Source: Isurus oxyrinchus (lineage: Eukaryota). Taken from it: a stretch of 64,000 nt of DNA. How positions within the stretch are numbered: position 1 is the first letter of the stretch; each line of letters begins with the position of its first letter. The translations under genes were made by a program, and so were the position numbers. Under the pieces are notes generated by a model. It was given only the letters and a program-made list of their open reading frames with translations. It was not told where the DNA came from and made no database searches. This document shows positions 39,561-50,400 of the stretch, in pieces. The DNA lies in assembly GCA_026770705.1 (NCBI GenBank), contig JANJGN010000152.1, positions 744,001 to 808,000 on the forward strand, given 5' to 3'.

Positions 39561-39946
39561 TCGTATGCATCTGGCATCCTGAAATTTGATTGACATCGTT
39601 ATTTGATGATTAAGGTGTTCGCAAGCATTACATTCTTCCGAAATGAACAATCACAAGCTCATCAGTTGCGGATTTATGAATTTATGAACAAGATGCCCAC
39701 CTATTTATGCAAATGAACAGGCACTGTCCTACTGACGTAGGCACGTCAGAAAACTGAGTCAAATAGTCTAGGAATTAATATTAAATAGTAACGGTAGCAT
39801 AAGCAAAACAATGAAAAGATAGAACTTCCAGTAATAATAAAACTAAAGCTACAAAAACCATAACCACATGGCAGAATAGTGATGCAGCAATATCATGCAG
39901 CAATATTCGAGAATAAATTGAGAGTCGTTGTTTTACAGGCAGGATC

Positions 39947-39961
39947 CCACTAGATGGCACT
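39947..39961 (+). promoter_or_regulatory. CTCF motif
   Basis: CCACTAGATGGCACT; conserved in the duplicate at 60549. Confidence 0.65.
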
Positions 39962-40197
39962 CCGGGACTTATCTTTGTAGAAAACGTACCAAGCCATCAG
40001 TTCACGGCTCTGACACGTGACAGTTGGGGAATACAGGAAATATTTTGACGTTGTGAGACGTTACTGTAAACAATAGTGTATATAGGTTAAGAATCGATAG
40101 GTGAATTATAGAGGATACTTATTGGTTGAGGCCTATAAATCATCACATTTCTTGGTCCAATGTCACTGCATAGTCCGAATTAAAAGGTTATCGCATT

Positions 40198-40292
40198 GAG
40201 AGCGAGAGAGAGAGAGAGTGAGAAAAAGAGAGAGATAGAGCGGGACAGAGAGACAGAGACAAAGAGACAGAGAGAGAGAGATAGGCAGGGAG
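40198..40292. repeat. Imperfect (AG)n tract
   Basis: Directly visible. Confidence 0.9.
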
Positions 40293-41219
40293 AGACCAGT
40301 CCATCTGCTCGTGACCGAATATTTTGGTCACTATTGGCCACAACTTCAAAGTATCAGGAAAATACCTGGACAATCAAATCCCTTCACTCCACTATAAGTG
40401 TCAGGGTGACAACCCTTTCTGGCAGAGAATCAAACATTCCCACTGCCCACTGTGTAAATAATATTACTAACATCAGAACAGCGGCTACACTGGAAAGGTA
40501 CTTCGTGCGGTTGGGAAATGCTTACTGACATCCTCCTTCTGTAAGAGGCTATTTCTCTTTTCGTATGATATTTGATTCCAGGGTTAAAATGTAATGGCTC
40601 CCTGCTTCCAGGAGGCCGGTAAAGTTTATTTCTTTAAATTTCCTTCTCTTTATTTCAATCCTTTTTCCTGGGTTATGCTGTTCAGGGGTCCCCATGTCCT
40701 GGGATTACCAGAATTCTGTCTCCAGTCTGTTCACAGATTCTGTCCGCATGTGTAATCTGTCGGAAACAACAATCCGAGAATTTACTGAGGAGACGCTGAC
40801 GGAACCTGACTTCCCGTTCCGGATGGCCGGTGATCGAGTCGCCGAGAGGTCACTGCACCCCGTATGTTAGTCATCAGCCTGATCACCACTATAAAAGATT
40901 TGTATTCATTTCCTTGAAAGTGTGTATATAACCTATATACATTTGCAAAAAGGTGCACGTGCATAACAATACAAAGGCCCTTCCGCCAAAACTACTTATC
41001 AGCCGAGAGTCAGTTACCCGCCCTATCGCCTCTGAACAAGAAGCTTCAGGAGACTTGTCCCCCAGGATCTTTAACGACTCATCACTTCAGTCCTCAGGGA
41101 AATATGCACCGTCAGAGGGGCCGGCTTTCGGATGAGTGGATCACATGACCACTATTCTGAAGCAGAGAAGGAAAATTGGCCTGGACAATATTTCTCCACC
41201 AATCACCGTCACTGAAAGG

Positions 41220-41780
41220 GTTGTGGTTGTTGAAGGTCAGTCATCTCAGTTCAAGGACATCACTGCAAGAGTTCCTGAGTAGTGTCCTAGGCCCAACCAC
41301 CTTCAGTGATTTCATCAGTGACCTTCCTTCCATCATAAGGCCAGAAGTGGGGACAATGTTCAGCACCATTCACAACTCCTCAGATACTGAAGCAGCCCAT
41401 GTGCAAATTCAGCATGATCTAAAGCTTGGGATGAGAAGGGGCAGATAACATTCAAGCCACACAAGTGCCAGGCAATAAATATCTTCAACAAGAGAGAATC
41501 TAACCATGGCCGTTTGACATTCAATTGCACTACCATCACTAAATCCCCTGATAATCTTTGACTCTTTGTCAGACAATATCTATTTAACACAGCTTTACTA
41601 ATATTCAATAACCCTGTCTCCACCACTCGCTGGGGAAGAGGCTACCCAGACTCTCGAACTTCAGAGCGACAAACATTCTCCTCATCTTAAATTGGAGATC
41701 CCTTATTTTTAAACTCTGTCCCCTAGTTCTCGTCTCCCTCATAAGGGGGAACACATTTTCCACATCCACCCTGTGGATAT
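41220..41780. mobile_element. Two CR1 fragments (RT on + strand, 41220-41550; 3' region on - strand, 41575-41780)
   Basis: SSVLGPTTFSDFISDLP and NVFPLMRETRTRGQSLKI motifs. Confidence 0.75.
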
Positions 41781-42949
41781 AAGACATAGATTGCACGTCT
41801 GTGGGAAGCCCATCATTATTAATGTTTACTAATGCATGCCCCTAATTATATTGAACTAAACGCTATCTCATTTATTACTACAGACGGATATACCTTTGTT
41901 TAATTTACACACGATCATGCTTCCATTGCTATTGTCCTTGAGCACGGTTCCATTTCCATAACGGAAGTCCGGGCCTCAGTTATCAATGCAGTGCACCGGG
42001 CCTTTGTTCATATTACAGTATTAATCAACTACACATTGCCTCCATCGCATTAAAGCACATCTCCTTTTATCAAATTAAATACTACCCCAGTGATTACGTC
42101 ATGACACCTTTTATCTTTATTCATATTACGTTTGAAACTGTTTTACTTTCTATCACACCAGACCTTCCCTGTCGCTTCTTATATTACACTGGACCATGCT
42201 AACATACACACTAGAAGCAGGGATAGGCCACTCGGCCCCTCGAGTTCGTTCCACCATTCAATAAGGTCACGACTGATTTTATTGTAAGCTCGGCCTGAGA
42301 TTCCCGCCAATCCCCGATAACCTCTCGCCCCCTGAGCCACTGTGAAGCACTTTTCGGTTGGCCTGAGGTCGCGAAAAGCGCAGTTTCCACCCACAAAGCA
42401 TCGGGTGAAGCCAATCGACAACTGCGTTTTGCCGGGTTTCTGAAAGAACTATTCATTTAGCAGGAGATGCGCCTCCACTCGGCGAACTAGGCGATGGCCT
42501 CGGACTACAATGTTTGGAGGGACGGGAGCGGGAGCGAAAAAAAACTGCCGGATATTTAAAAAGGAGCTGGAAGCCGACCGTGTTTGTGTTGATGAGTAAA
42601 TTGCAAATTTGTTTCTACTTTCCAACAGATGACGTTATTCATACTGAAAGGAAGGGATTGTGTCCATTACTCTAGCTGTATTTTCCTTTAGAAATAGTAG
42701 ATAACTGGCAGTTCGTTACACTCCCCCGTTTTTTCACTATGTCCTCCTTTCCAACATTTATCCAATTCCCATTTGGAATTTATTGTTTAATCTGAATCCA
42801 GCTTCCTTTCGGGTAGCACATTCAGGATCAAAACTCAAAAATGAATTCTCATGTTATCAAATACTTTATTTTGAGTGTAAGGACTAAACGTGGAGATCGA
42901 GTCTCTGCGGTGTGGAGTTGTTGCTGAGAAAGAATGAATGAAAGAAAGA

Positions 42950-43370
42950 AAAAGAATCAGGTATTTCCATAGAGCCGTTCCCGGCCTCCGGGCGCCCAAA
43001 GGGCTTTACAGCCAATTAGAAACTTTCCTGTTGTAATGCAGGAAACGCGGCAGCAAAAGGTGGGCAGAGCAAGATTCCACAAAAAGTAATGAGATAAATG
43101 AGCACAAAACCGTCTTCAATGGTGTTAAAAGAAGGATAAATAATGGTCAAGCACACTGGGGAGAATGTTTTGCTGTTTTGTTAAATTTTTGAATAGAGAC
43201 AGTGAGATATTTTGCAATCCACCTGAAAGCTTAGCCAGAGGCCGTCGTTCAGCGTCTCATCCAGAAAGTCAGCACATTCAATCGCTCAGGATTCCTTCAG
43301 TGTAGACAGCTGCAGACTGTTGGCGCTGCACCATGAGTTTCATATACCTCGAATGTGGGAGCCTGAGCGG
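42950..43370 (-). mobile_element. Deu-domain (SacSINE1-like) SINE
   Basis: CCCAAAGGGCTTTACAGCCAAT..GGAAACGCGGCAGC..CGTCTCATCCAGAAAG pattern; other copies at 52270-52430 and 61970-62280. Confidence 0.7.
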
Positions 43371-43436
43371 ACGATTTATGGGTAAAGTGACAGAAAGGTC
43401 TATACACTGAGACAGTCTGGTGGAAGAGAAACACCA

Positions 43437-44559
43437 TGAAGGGGTTTTATTATTTTTCACCAGTTAAGGATATGAACTTATCTGTCTGTCCGGCGCATTT
43501 TTCGGGCAGAGACGGAGGAGAACAAGCACAGAATTCCCTGGGAGTTTCAGCGCAACCTTGGAATGTCACAGTTTGCGTATAAACAGCCCAGTGATCGGCA
43601 GTTGGGAGCATTGCAGTCATCACCAAGGCGCCTGAGTGGTAGTGGTGACTCACAAACACGGCCACGGGACCTGGGCATGGGTATAGGTGGTGGGGAAAAG
43701 AACCCCAGGTGACTGTGTGGGCCTAGCAGCAAGGAAGAGGCACCAGGCAGCAAACAGTTTGCTGTTAGATGGCTCTGTATAGATGGGGCTCAGGAGAAGT
43801 TACAGGTCCCATAGTCGTGTTTGTGAGTCACCACCAGCACGCAGGCGCCTTGGTGAATTCAAGGGAATTCAGACGCGTGCACTTAGGGTTCAGAAGCCAC
43901 GTGGACCAGAGAAAGGCAGAAGGTGGCAGTCTCCATGCTGCTGACAGGGTTCGGGCTCCGCGGAAGCTGTTAGAGTCACTGATAGCTTGGTGCAGCTGGG
44001 GAGATTGGAGATCAGTAAAATGCCTGGGCAGCGGTAGCAGTGAAGCTAGCTGTCCGTTAAAGAGCTGAAATTGTGCCAATGATTAGAGATTGATGTGTTA
44101 TGTCGGGATACAAGGTTAAACCACTGGGAGGTGAACCGCCCTGAGACAAGCCAAGTCAGAGCAATTTTCAAGGGAATTCAGACACTTGTTCTTTGAAACT
44201 GAAGAGAGGAACGCCTCGTGAGGGAGGCAGAAACTATGTGACTCACTGTGCTCACGGACTTCTAGGTGGGTTGCTGAGAAATCCGTGGGGTCTGTCTTGG
44301 TCGCTTCTGCCTTTTAATATGCAAAGTAGTGTGTTCGACCACAGTTGCTCGCTATTTAATATTTACTTCATGTTAGTTCTAAATGTTAGCGTATCAGATT
44401 GGTAATGCAAATTGTTCTACTTTGCTACCTGTACATGGTAACGTTTATTTCGCTTGTTCAAAACCGTGAAATATTGTGACTGTATTTTTTAAGCAACTGG
44501 GCTTTCAAACTTTGTCTACTTTAAACAAAACATCACTGGCCCCTAACTGCTTGATAACA
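43437..44559. mobile_element. Solo LTR (1123 bp)
   Basis: Starts TG (TGAAGGGG) and ends CA (GATAACA); 5-bp TSD CACCA at 43432-43436 and 44560-44564. Confidence 0.8.
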
Positions 44560-47274
44560 CACCATTCGAAGCAAAAGGCGAGGGTCGCAAAGGGGCAATT
44601 CAGCACCTTCTTCAGCTCATCCCTGAACTTAGTCTGGGCTACTGCGTAGATGAAGATGTTATTGCAGGAAGTGAATAACTGCAGCATGTTGGTTGTCTCT
44701 TGAAGTATGAAGTGTGGGTCATTGAAATCCAGACCAGTGAAGTAGGCGTCACCCGTAATCCGCACGAAGAGGAAATGTCCGACATAGGTGACCCACAGGA
44801 GGAGGAAGCTGAGGGAGATAGTGAAGAGCAGGACAATGGACCTCTTGCGGTTGGCGATCTCTGGGTCTCCGTGACTCTCGGCGCCCCGGAGCCTCCTGCG
44901 GGCTCTGCTGGCTGCTAAGATGTGCCTTACGGTCAGGGCATTGAGCAGCAGAATGAGGATGAAAGGGAGGAAAGGAGTCAAGATGTGATCTAGCCAGTCG
45001 TAGGCCTGCCAGGCGGGCAATAGGTAGTAGCTGGACTTAATGTCGCAGAACCAGGACACTCCATCCAGACTATACAAGGGCTGATAGGTGAAGTAGAAAG
45101 GGACGTTCTTGGCGCAGCTCAGGACACTGACCAATCCTATAACCAGCACCGCACTTTTCTCAGTGCAGTATCTGGCCTTCAGGCTCTGACAGCAGATGGC
45201 CACAAAACGGTCGAAGGTGAAGGCGACAGTCAGCCAGACTGAGCCATCCCGGGTGGCATAGACAAACACAGTGCTGACAGCGCACCCCGGGGTGGTAGCT
45301 AGGACACTATACTTAAAGTAAATGCCACCAATCCGGTTGAGGATAACGGCAGCGATCATGACAAGGAAATCAGTCACTGCTATCGCCACCAGGTAGTAGG
45401 TGATGCATCTGGAGAGTCCGCACCATCCTCGGGACAGGATTATGATCGCCACCAAGTTGGCTGCAAGAAATAGAAAGAGAGAGATGTAACCGAGTGAACT
45501 CCAGACACGAGCTACTGCCTCATCGAATCTGGTTCTAAAACTCTCTTGATCAGCCCCTTCACCACCTCCAGACTCCAATTATTCCAACTCAGTTGCTAAC
45601 TGTTCGACATCTAATGTTGGATTGAACATTTGTCAACATAAAGGACATTAAAATCAGTTCTCGCCACAAAGTCCGCCCTCTGGCCACTGATCCCATTCCC
45701 GTGGCTCACTATCTTATGAGGTTCGACGGTCTTTACAACGGTTATCTCTTGTTTGACCGTGAGATAAATTTCCAAACGCCCACATCCCCATGTCTATCAT
45801 AAACACCGACACTGCATCCTTCAACCTTTCTAATACAGCCCATAATATCGCCTGTCTCTAACCCTGCCTTAGCTTAACCGCTGTTAAAACCGTATCCAAG
45901 CCTTTCTTTTAACTAGGCTCATGACCATTGGAAGTCTTTTGAGCGGTATATAACTTCGCATCGTTATTGAACTTCAACTCATTCAAAAAAGAAATTGCTC
46001 CCCATACCCTTACCCACACCAAGTCCCGTTGATCAATCACCACTTTGCTCACTAAGCTACACTGGACCCTTGTCCGCTAAAGCCTCAATTTCAATATTCT
46101 TGTTCTGATTTTCAAACCGATCTTTAGCGTCGCCACTCCAGATCCCGGTAAAATCCTGCAGCCTTAAAACAATCTGAGATCACAGCGTACATCCAACTCT
46201 GCTCCCATGAGCATTCCTGATATTAACCGCTCCATCACTAAAATTTATTCTTTCATCTTCTGAGATAAAGAATTCCGAACCCACCCTCCGTCTCTCTTTA
46301 CTTATTTTTCAATTGTTTTTAAAAACGTACTTCGTTGATCAAACGTTTTGACATCTGATTCATATATCTTTGTGCGATTCCTTATCAAATTTGTTTGTCA
46401 AGAATTCTGTGAAACATTTACACCATTCGTCCTGCAGAGACTCAAGAAAAAAAGTGCAACTCAAATTCCTCAAATGGAAAGGAGGGATGGGCAATAAATG
46501 CTGACCCTCCCAGTGCCAGCCACGTGTCATTATTCAATAAAAAACATAATTATCCAAAATAAAGTCCAAATGCACAAAACCTAACCCCACCCAACAAAAT
46601 AGACAACTGGTTAAAAATCTTGCACCCCAATTCACCTCAGCCAAAAGTTTCCATTATTCATTCCTATGGCCACATTTACAAAAGGAATTGCCAAGTGGGA
46701 ACACACAACGTTGTAACTAGAACATGCTTCCAGGCGCCGCCTTGGGGATTAGTGGAATCATTGAATGAATTGTAACATCACGATCCATCTTGAATAATGA
46801 TTGCGCTTCAGATTAATTTTCAGTAATTTTATAAAATCAGTGCCCGGGAATGCATTTTATGGCTCTAAGATACGCTATTGTTCCATCTAATACGAAAAAC
46901 ATCAGAATGCATTTTACTACATTAGAATATTTTCTATTGTTCAACAATATAAAGTGCATAAAATGCCATGCATTATAATTAACATTTCTGCAATCTAATA
47001 GACGGTTGTTCGCTAAGTTCGCCGCATAATTTATTGAACAATGCAAATGCAAGTAATGCACTATAATACACCATAATCCAGTAAGTCCTCTATACTTACA
47101 CAGTGCCGAATATTACGAAAGTTCAGCGCGATCCAGAAAGAGAAGGGACAGCATTTTGGGGATTTACAAAAAAATAAATAATTTATTTGGGATTCTTAAC
47201 TCACCCGGGACACCAATAAAAGCGAGAACGGGGTAGTAAACGGCATAGAATGCTCCATTCTCTGGCCCGTGCAT
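44505..47274 (-). CDS. GPR139-like class A orphan GPCR, 341 aa, 2 exons
   Basis: Exon 1 47274-47205 (MHGPENGAFYAVYYPVLAFIGVP, GTGAGT donor); exon 2 45460-44505 after TTGCAG. Seven TM segments, FDRF motif, DPEIANRKRSIVLLF, SCNNIFIY. Confidence 0.92.
45800..46440 (+). mobile_element. Old L2-like LINE 3' fragment in the GPCR intron
   Basis: KLQLIQ..KLHW-type remnants. Confidence 0.6.
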
Positions 47275-48084
47275 CGTCTTTCAGAAACCAAAGAGATTCT
47301 GAATGATGCACATCTTAAATCTGCGACGCTTTCAAAGGGTCCCTCATTTATACCAGTTGACAGTCTCCAGAGGGGTAATTAAGCTACAACATACACTTTA
47401 GTTCCAGGTCGGTGAACAAACAGCTGAAGCGATAGATTCATGACTTTTATTTCTAACATTGGTAAGGTAGATAAATCCATTGCAGCTCCATGTTTAATCC
47501 GAAAGACCAAGTGAGATCCCAGTAGATAAATATGAGTACTATGCTTTTTTGGAGAAAAATATACTTTATTCATAAAATACCTGAAAGAACATTCCATAAC
47601 ATTTCAAAGTGATCATCACAAAAGTTGCAATCATATTCAACTTTTCCACATAGGACATGAGGACCTTCAATACAATCAATGAACATTACAGGCATTTCAA
47701 CATGGTCATTACAGACAGTCAGAAAGTGCAACGCTATTCAAGTTAACGACATAGATCATGTTGCACTCTGAGCAGCTTCAATACAATTGTGATACATTTA
47801 GTGAGCACAATGCGTGTTGATACAGAGAGAGTCCAGCAAAGTTGTCTCACTGCATTTACAGTGACCCTCGCGGACTTGAGCTCTGAGCACACATCCTGGT
47901 TCAAGTGGGAGTTATGGAGGAATGGAAATCAATGCAGAAATAAAACCGGAAAACCACTGTCTTCGAAGCTGGAAGCTGTATAAGAGCTGTGATTCGTTTA
48001 ATACATGGCAAAGTGTGCGGGAGATCTCTTGATCTTCGGGAGTGTCATCAGTCCGATCTCTGGAAGACAATGCTTCAGAAAATA

Positions 48085-50400
48085 AAAAACAGAATGACCT
48101 GGAAAAACTCAGCAGGTCTGGCAGCATCGGCGGAGAAGAAAAGAGTTGACATTTCGAATCCTCATGAATCTTCCACACAACTGAGTGCATATAAGGAGAG
48201 GATTGAAATATAAGCTGGTTTAAGGTGGGGCAGGGGGGTGTGTTGGGGCGGGGTGCAGGGAGATAAGTGGTGGGGTGGTGGTGTGGTTGTAGGGACAAGC
48301 AAGCAGAAATAGGAGCAGATAATCAAAAGATGTCACCGACAAAAGAACAAAAGAACACAAAGGTGTGGAAGGTAGTGATATTATCTAAACGAATGTGCTC
48401 ACTAAGAATGGATGGTAGGGCACTCAAGGTACAGCTCTAATGGGGGTGGGGTGGAAAGAGTAGCAGGGCATAAAAGATTTAAAAATAATGGAAATAGGTG
48501 GGAAAAGAAAAATCCACATAAATTATTGGAAAAAACAGAAGGAAGTGGGAAGAAACTGAAAGGAGGTGGGGATGGAAGAGGGAGTTCAAGATCTAAAGTT
48601 GTTGAATTCAATATTCAGTCCAGAAGGGTGTAAAGTGCCTCGTCGGAAGATGATGTGCTGTTCCTCCTATTTGCATTGGGCTTCACTGGAACAATGCAGC
48701 AAGCCAAGGACAGACATCTGGGCAAGAGAACAGGGTGGAGTGTTAAAATGACAAGTGACAGGGAGGTTTGGGTAATTCTTCCAGACAGACCGCAGGTGTC
48801 CTGCAAAGCGGTCGCCCAGTTTACGCTTGGTCTCTCCAATGTAGAAGAGACCACATTGGGAGTAACGAATGCAGTAGACTAAGTTGGGCGAAATGCAAGT
48901 GAAATGCTGCTTCACTTGAAAGGAATGCTTGGGCCCTTGGACGGTGAGGAGAGAGGAAGTGATTCCTCTGACACCTTACATCACATCAACAATTTCCAGT
49001 TCCCTGGCCACAACCGCTTCCTCTTCACCATGGACGTCCATTCCCTCGACACCTCATCCCCCACCAGGATGTTCTCAGGGCCCTTAGCTTCTTCCTCGAA
49101 CAGTGGCCCGAACAATCCTCATCCACAACTACTCTCCTCCGTCTGGCTGAACTTGTTCTCACACTGAACAATTTCTCCTTTAACTCCTCTCACTTCCTCC
49201 AAATAAATGGTGTGGCTATGGGTACCCGCTTGGGCCCCAGCTATGTCTGTCTCTTTATGGGGTATGTGGAACATTCCTTGTTCCAGTCCTACTCCAGCCC
49301 CGTTCCACAACTCTTTCTCCAGTACATCGATGATTACTTCGGTGCTGCTTCATGCTCTCTTCGGGACTTGGAAAAATTTATTAATTTTGCTTTCAATCTC
49401 CACCCCTCTATCATTTTCACATGGTCCATCTCTGAAAATACCCTTCCCTTCCTTGACCTCTCTGTCTCAATCTCTGGTGATATACTGTCCACCAATATCC
49501 ATTACAAGCCTACAGACTCCAAAAGCAACCTCGACTACAGCTCCTCGCACCCCACTTCCTGTAAGGACTCCATCCCATTCTCTCAGTTCCTTCGCCTCTG
49601 TCGCATCTGTTCTCATGATGTTACCTGCAAAAACAGTTCCTCTGACATGTCCTCCTTCCTCCTTAGCCGAGATTTTTCACCCACGGTCGTTGACAGGGCC
49701 CTCAACCTTGTCTGGCCTATCTCCTGCGCATCTGCCCTCATGCCTTCTCCTCCCTCCCAGAAAAATGATAGGTTTTCCCTTGTCCTCACTTATCATCCCA
49801 CCAGCCTCTGCATTCAAAGCATCATCCACCACCATTTCTGCCAACTTCAGCATGATGCCACCACCAAACACATTTCCCCTTTACACCCCCCCCCCCCACC
49901 CCCCGCCGGCGGCATTCCGTAGGAATCGTTCCCTCCGGGACACCCTTGTCCACTCCTCCATCAACCCCTACTCCTCAACCCCTACCTATGGCACCTCTCC
50001 ATGCCCACGCAAAAGATGCAACACCTGCCCCTTCACTTCCTCTCATCCCTACCATCCATTCATAATTAGCACATTCGTTTAGATAATATCACTACCTTCA
50101 ACACCTTTGTGTTCTTTTGTTCTTTTGTCTGTGACATCTTTTGATTATCTGCTCCTATCACAGCGTGCTTGTCCCTACAACCACACTGCCGCCCCCCCAA
50201 CCACTTCTCCCCCTCCCCCCCCCACCTTAAACCAGCTTATATTTCACCCCTCTGCTTATATTCACTCAGTTGTGTGGAAGGGTTATGAGGACTTGAAACA
50301 TCAACACTTTTCTTCTCCGTCGATGCTGCCAGACCTGCTGAGCTTTTCCAGGTAATTCTGTTTTTGTTTTCAATTTCCAGCATCCACAGTTTATTGTTTT
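48085..50400. mobile_element. Rearranged Penelope-like element with inverted termini
   Basis: Minus arm 48960-48085 (GIY-YIG + tail), plus arm 48959-50044 (RT), plus-strand tail 50047-50400. Confidence 0.9.

Noticed and set aside
39706-39714. Octamer ATGCAAAT (also ~47041 and ~59544)
   Set aside because: Not upstream of any V leader; expected by chance
45461-45578. N-terminal MESGGGEG.. extension of the GPCR in the ORF track
   Set aside because: Intronic read-through; a proper exon 1 at 47274-47205 is conserved in the paralog
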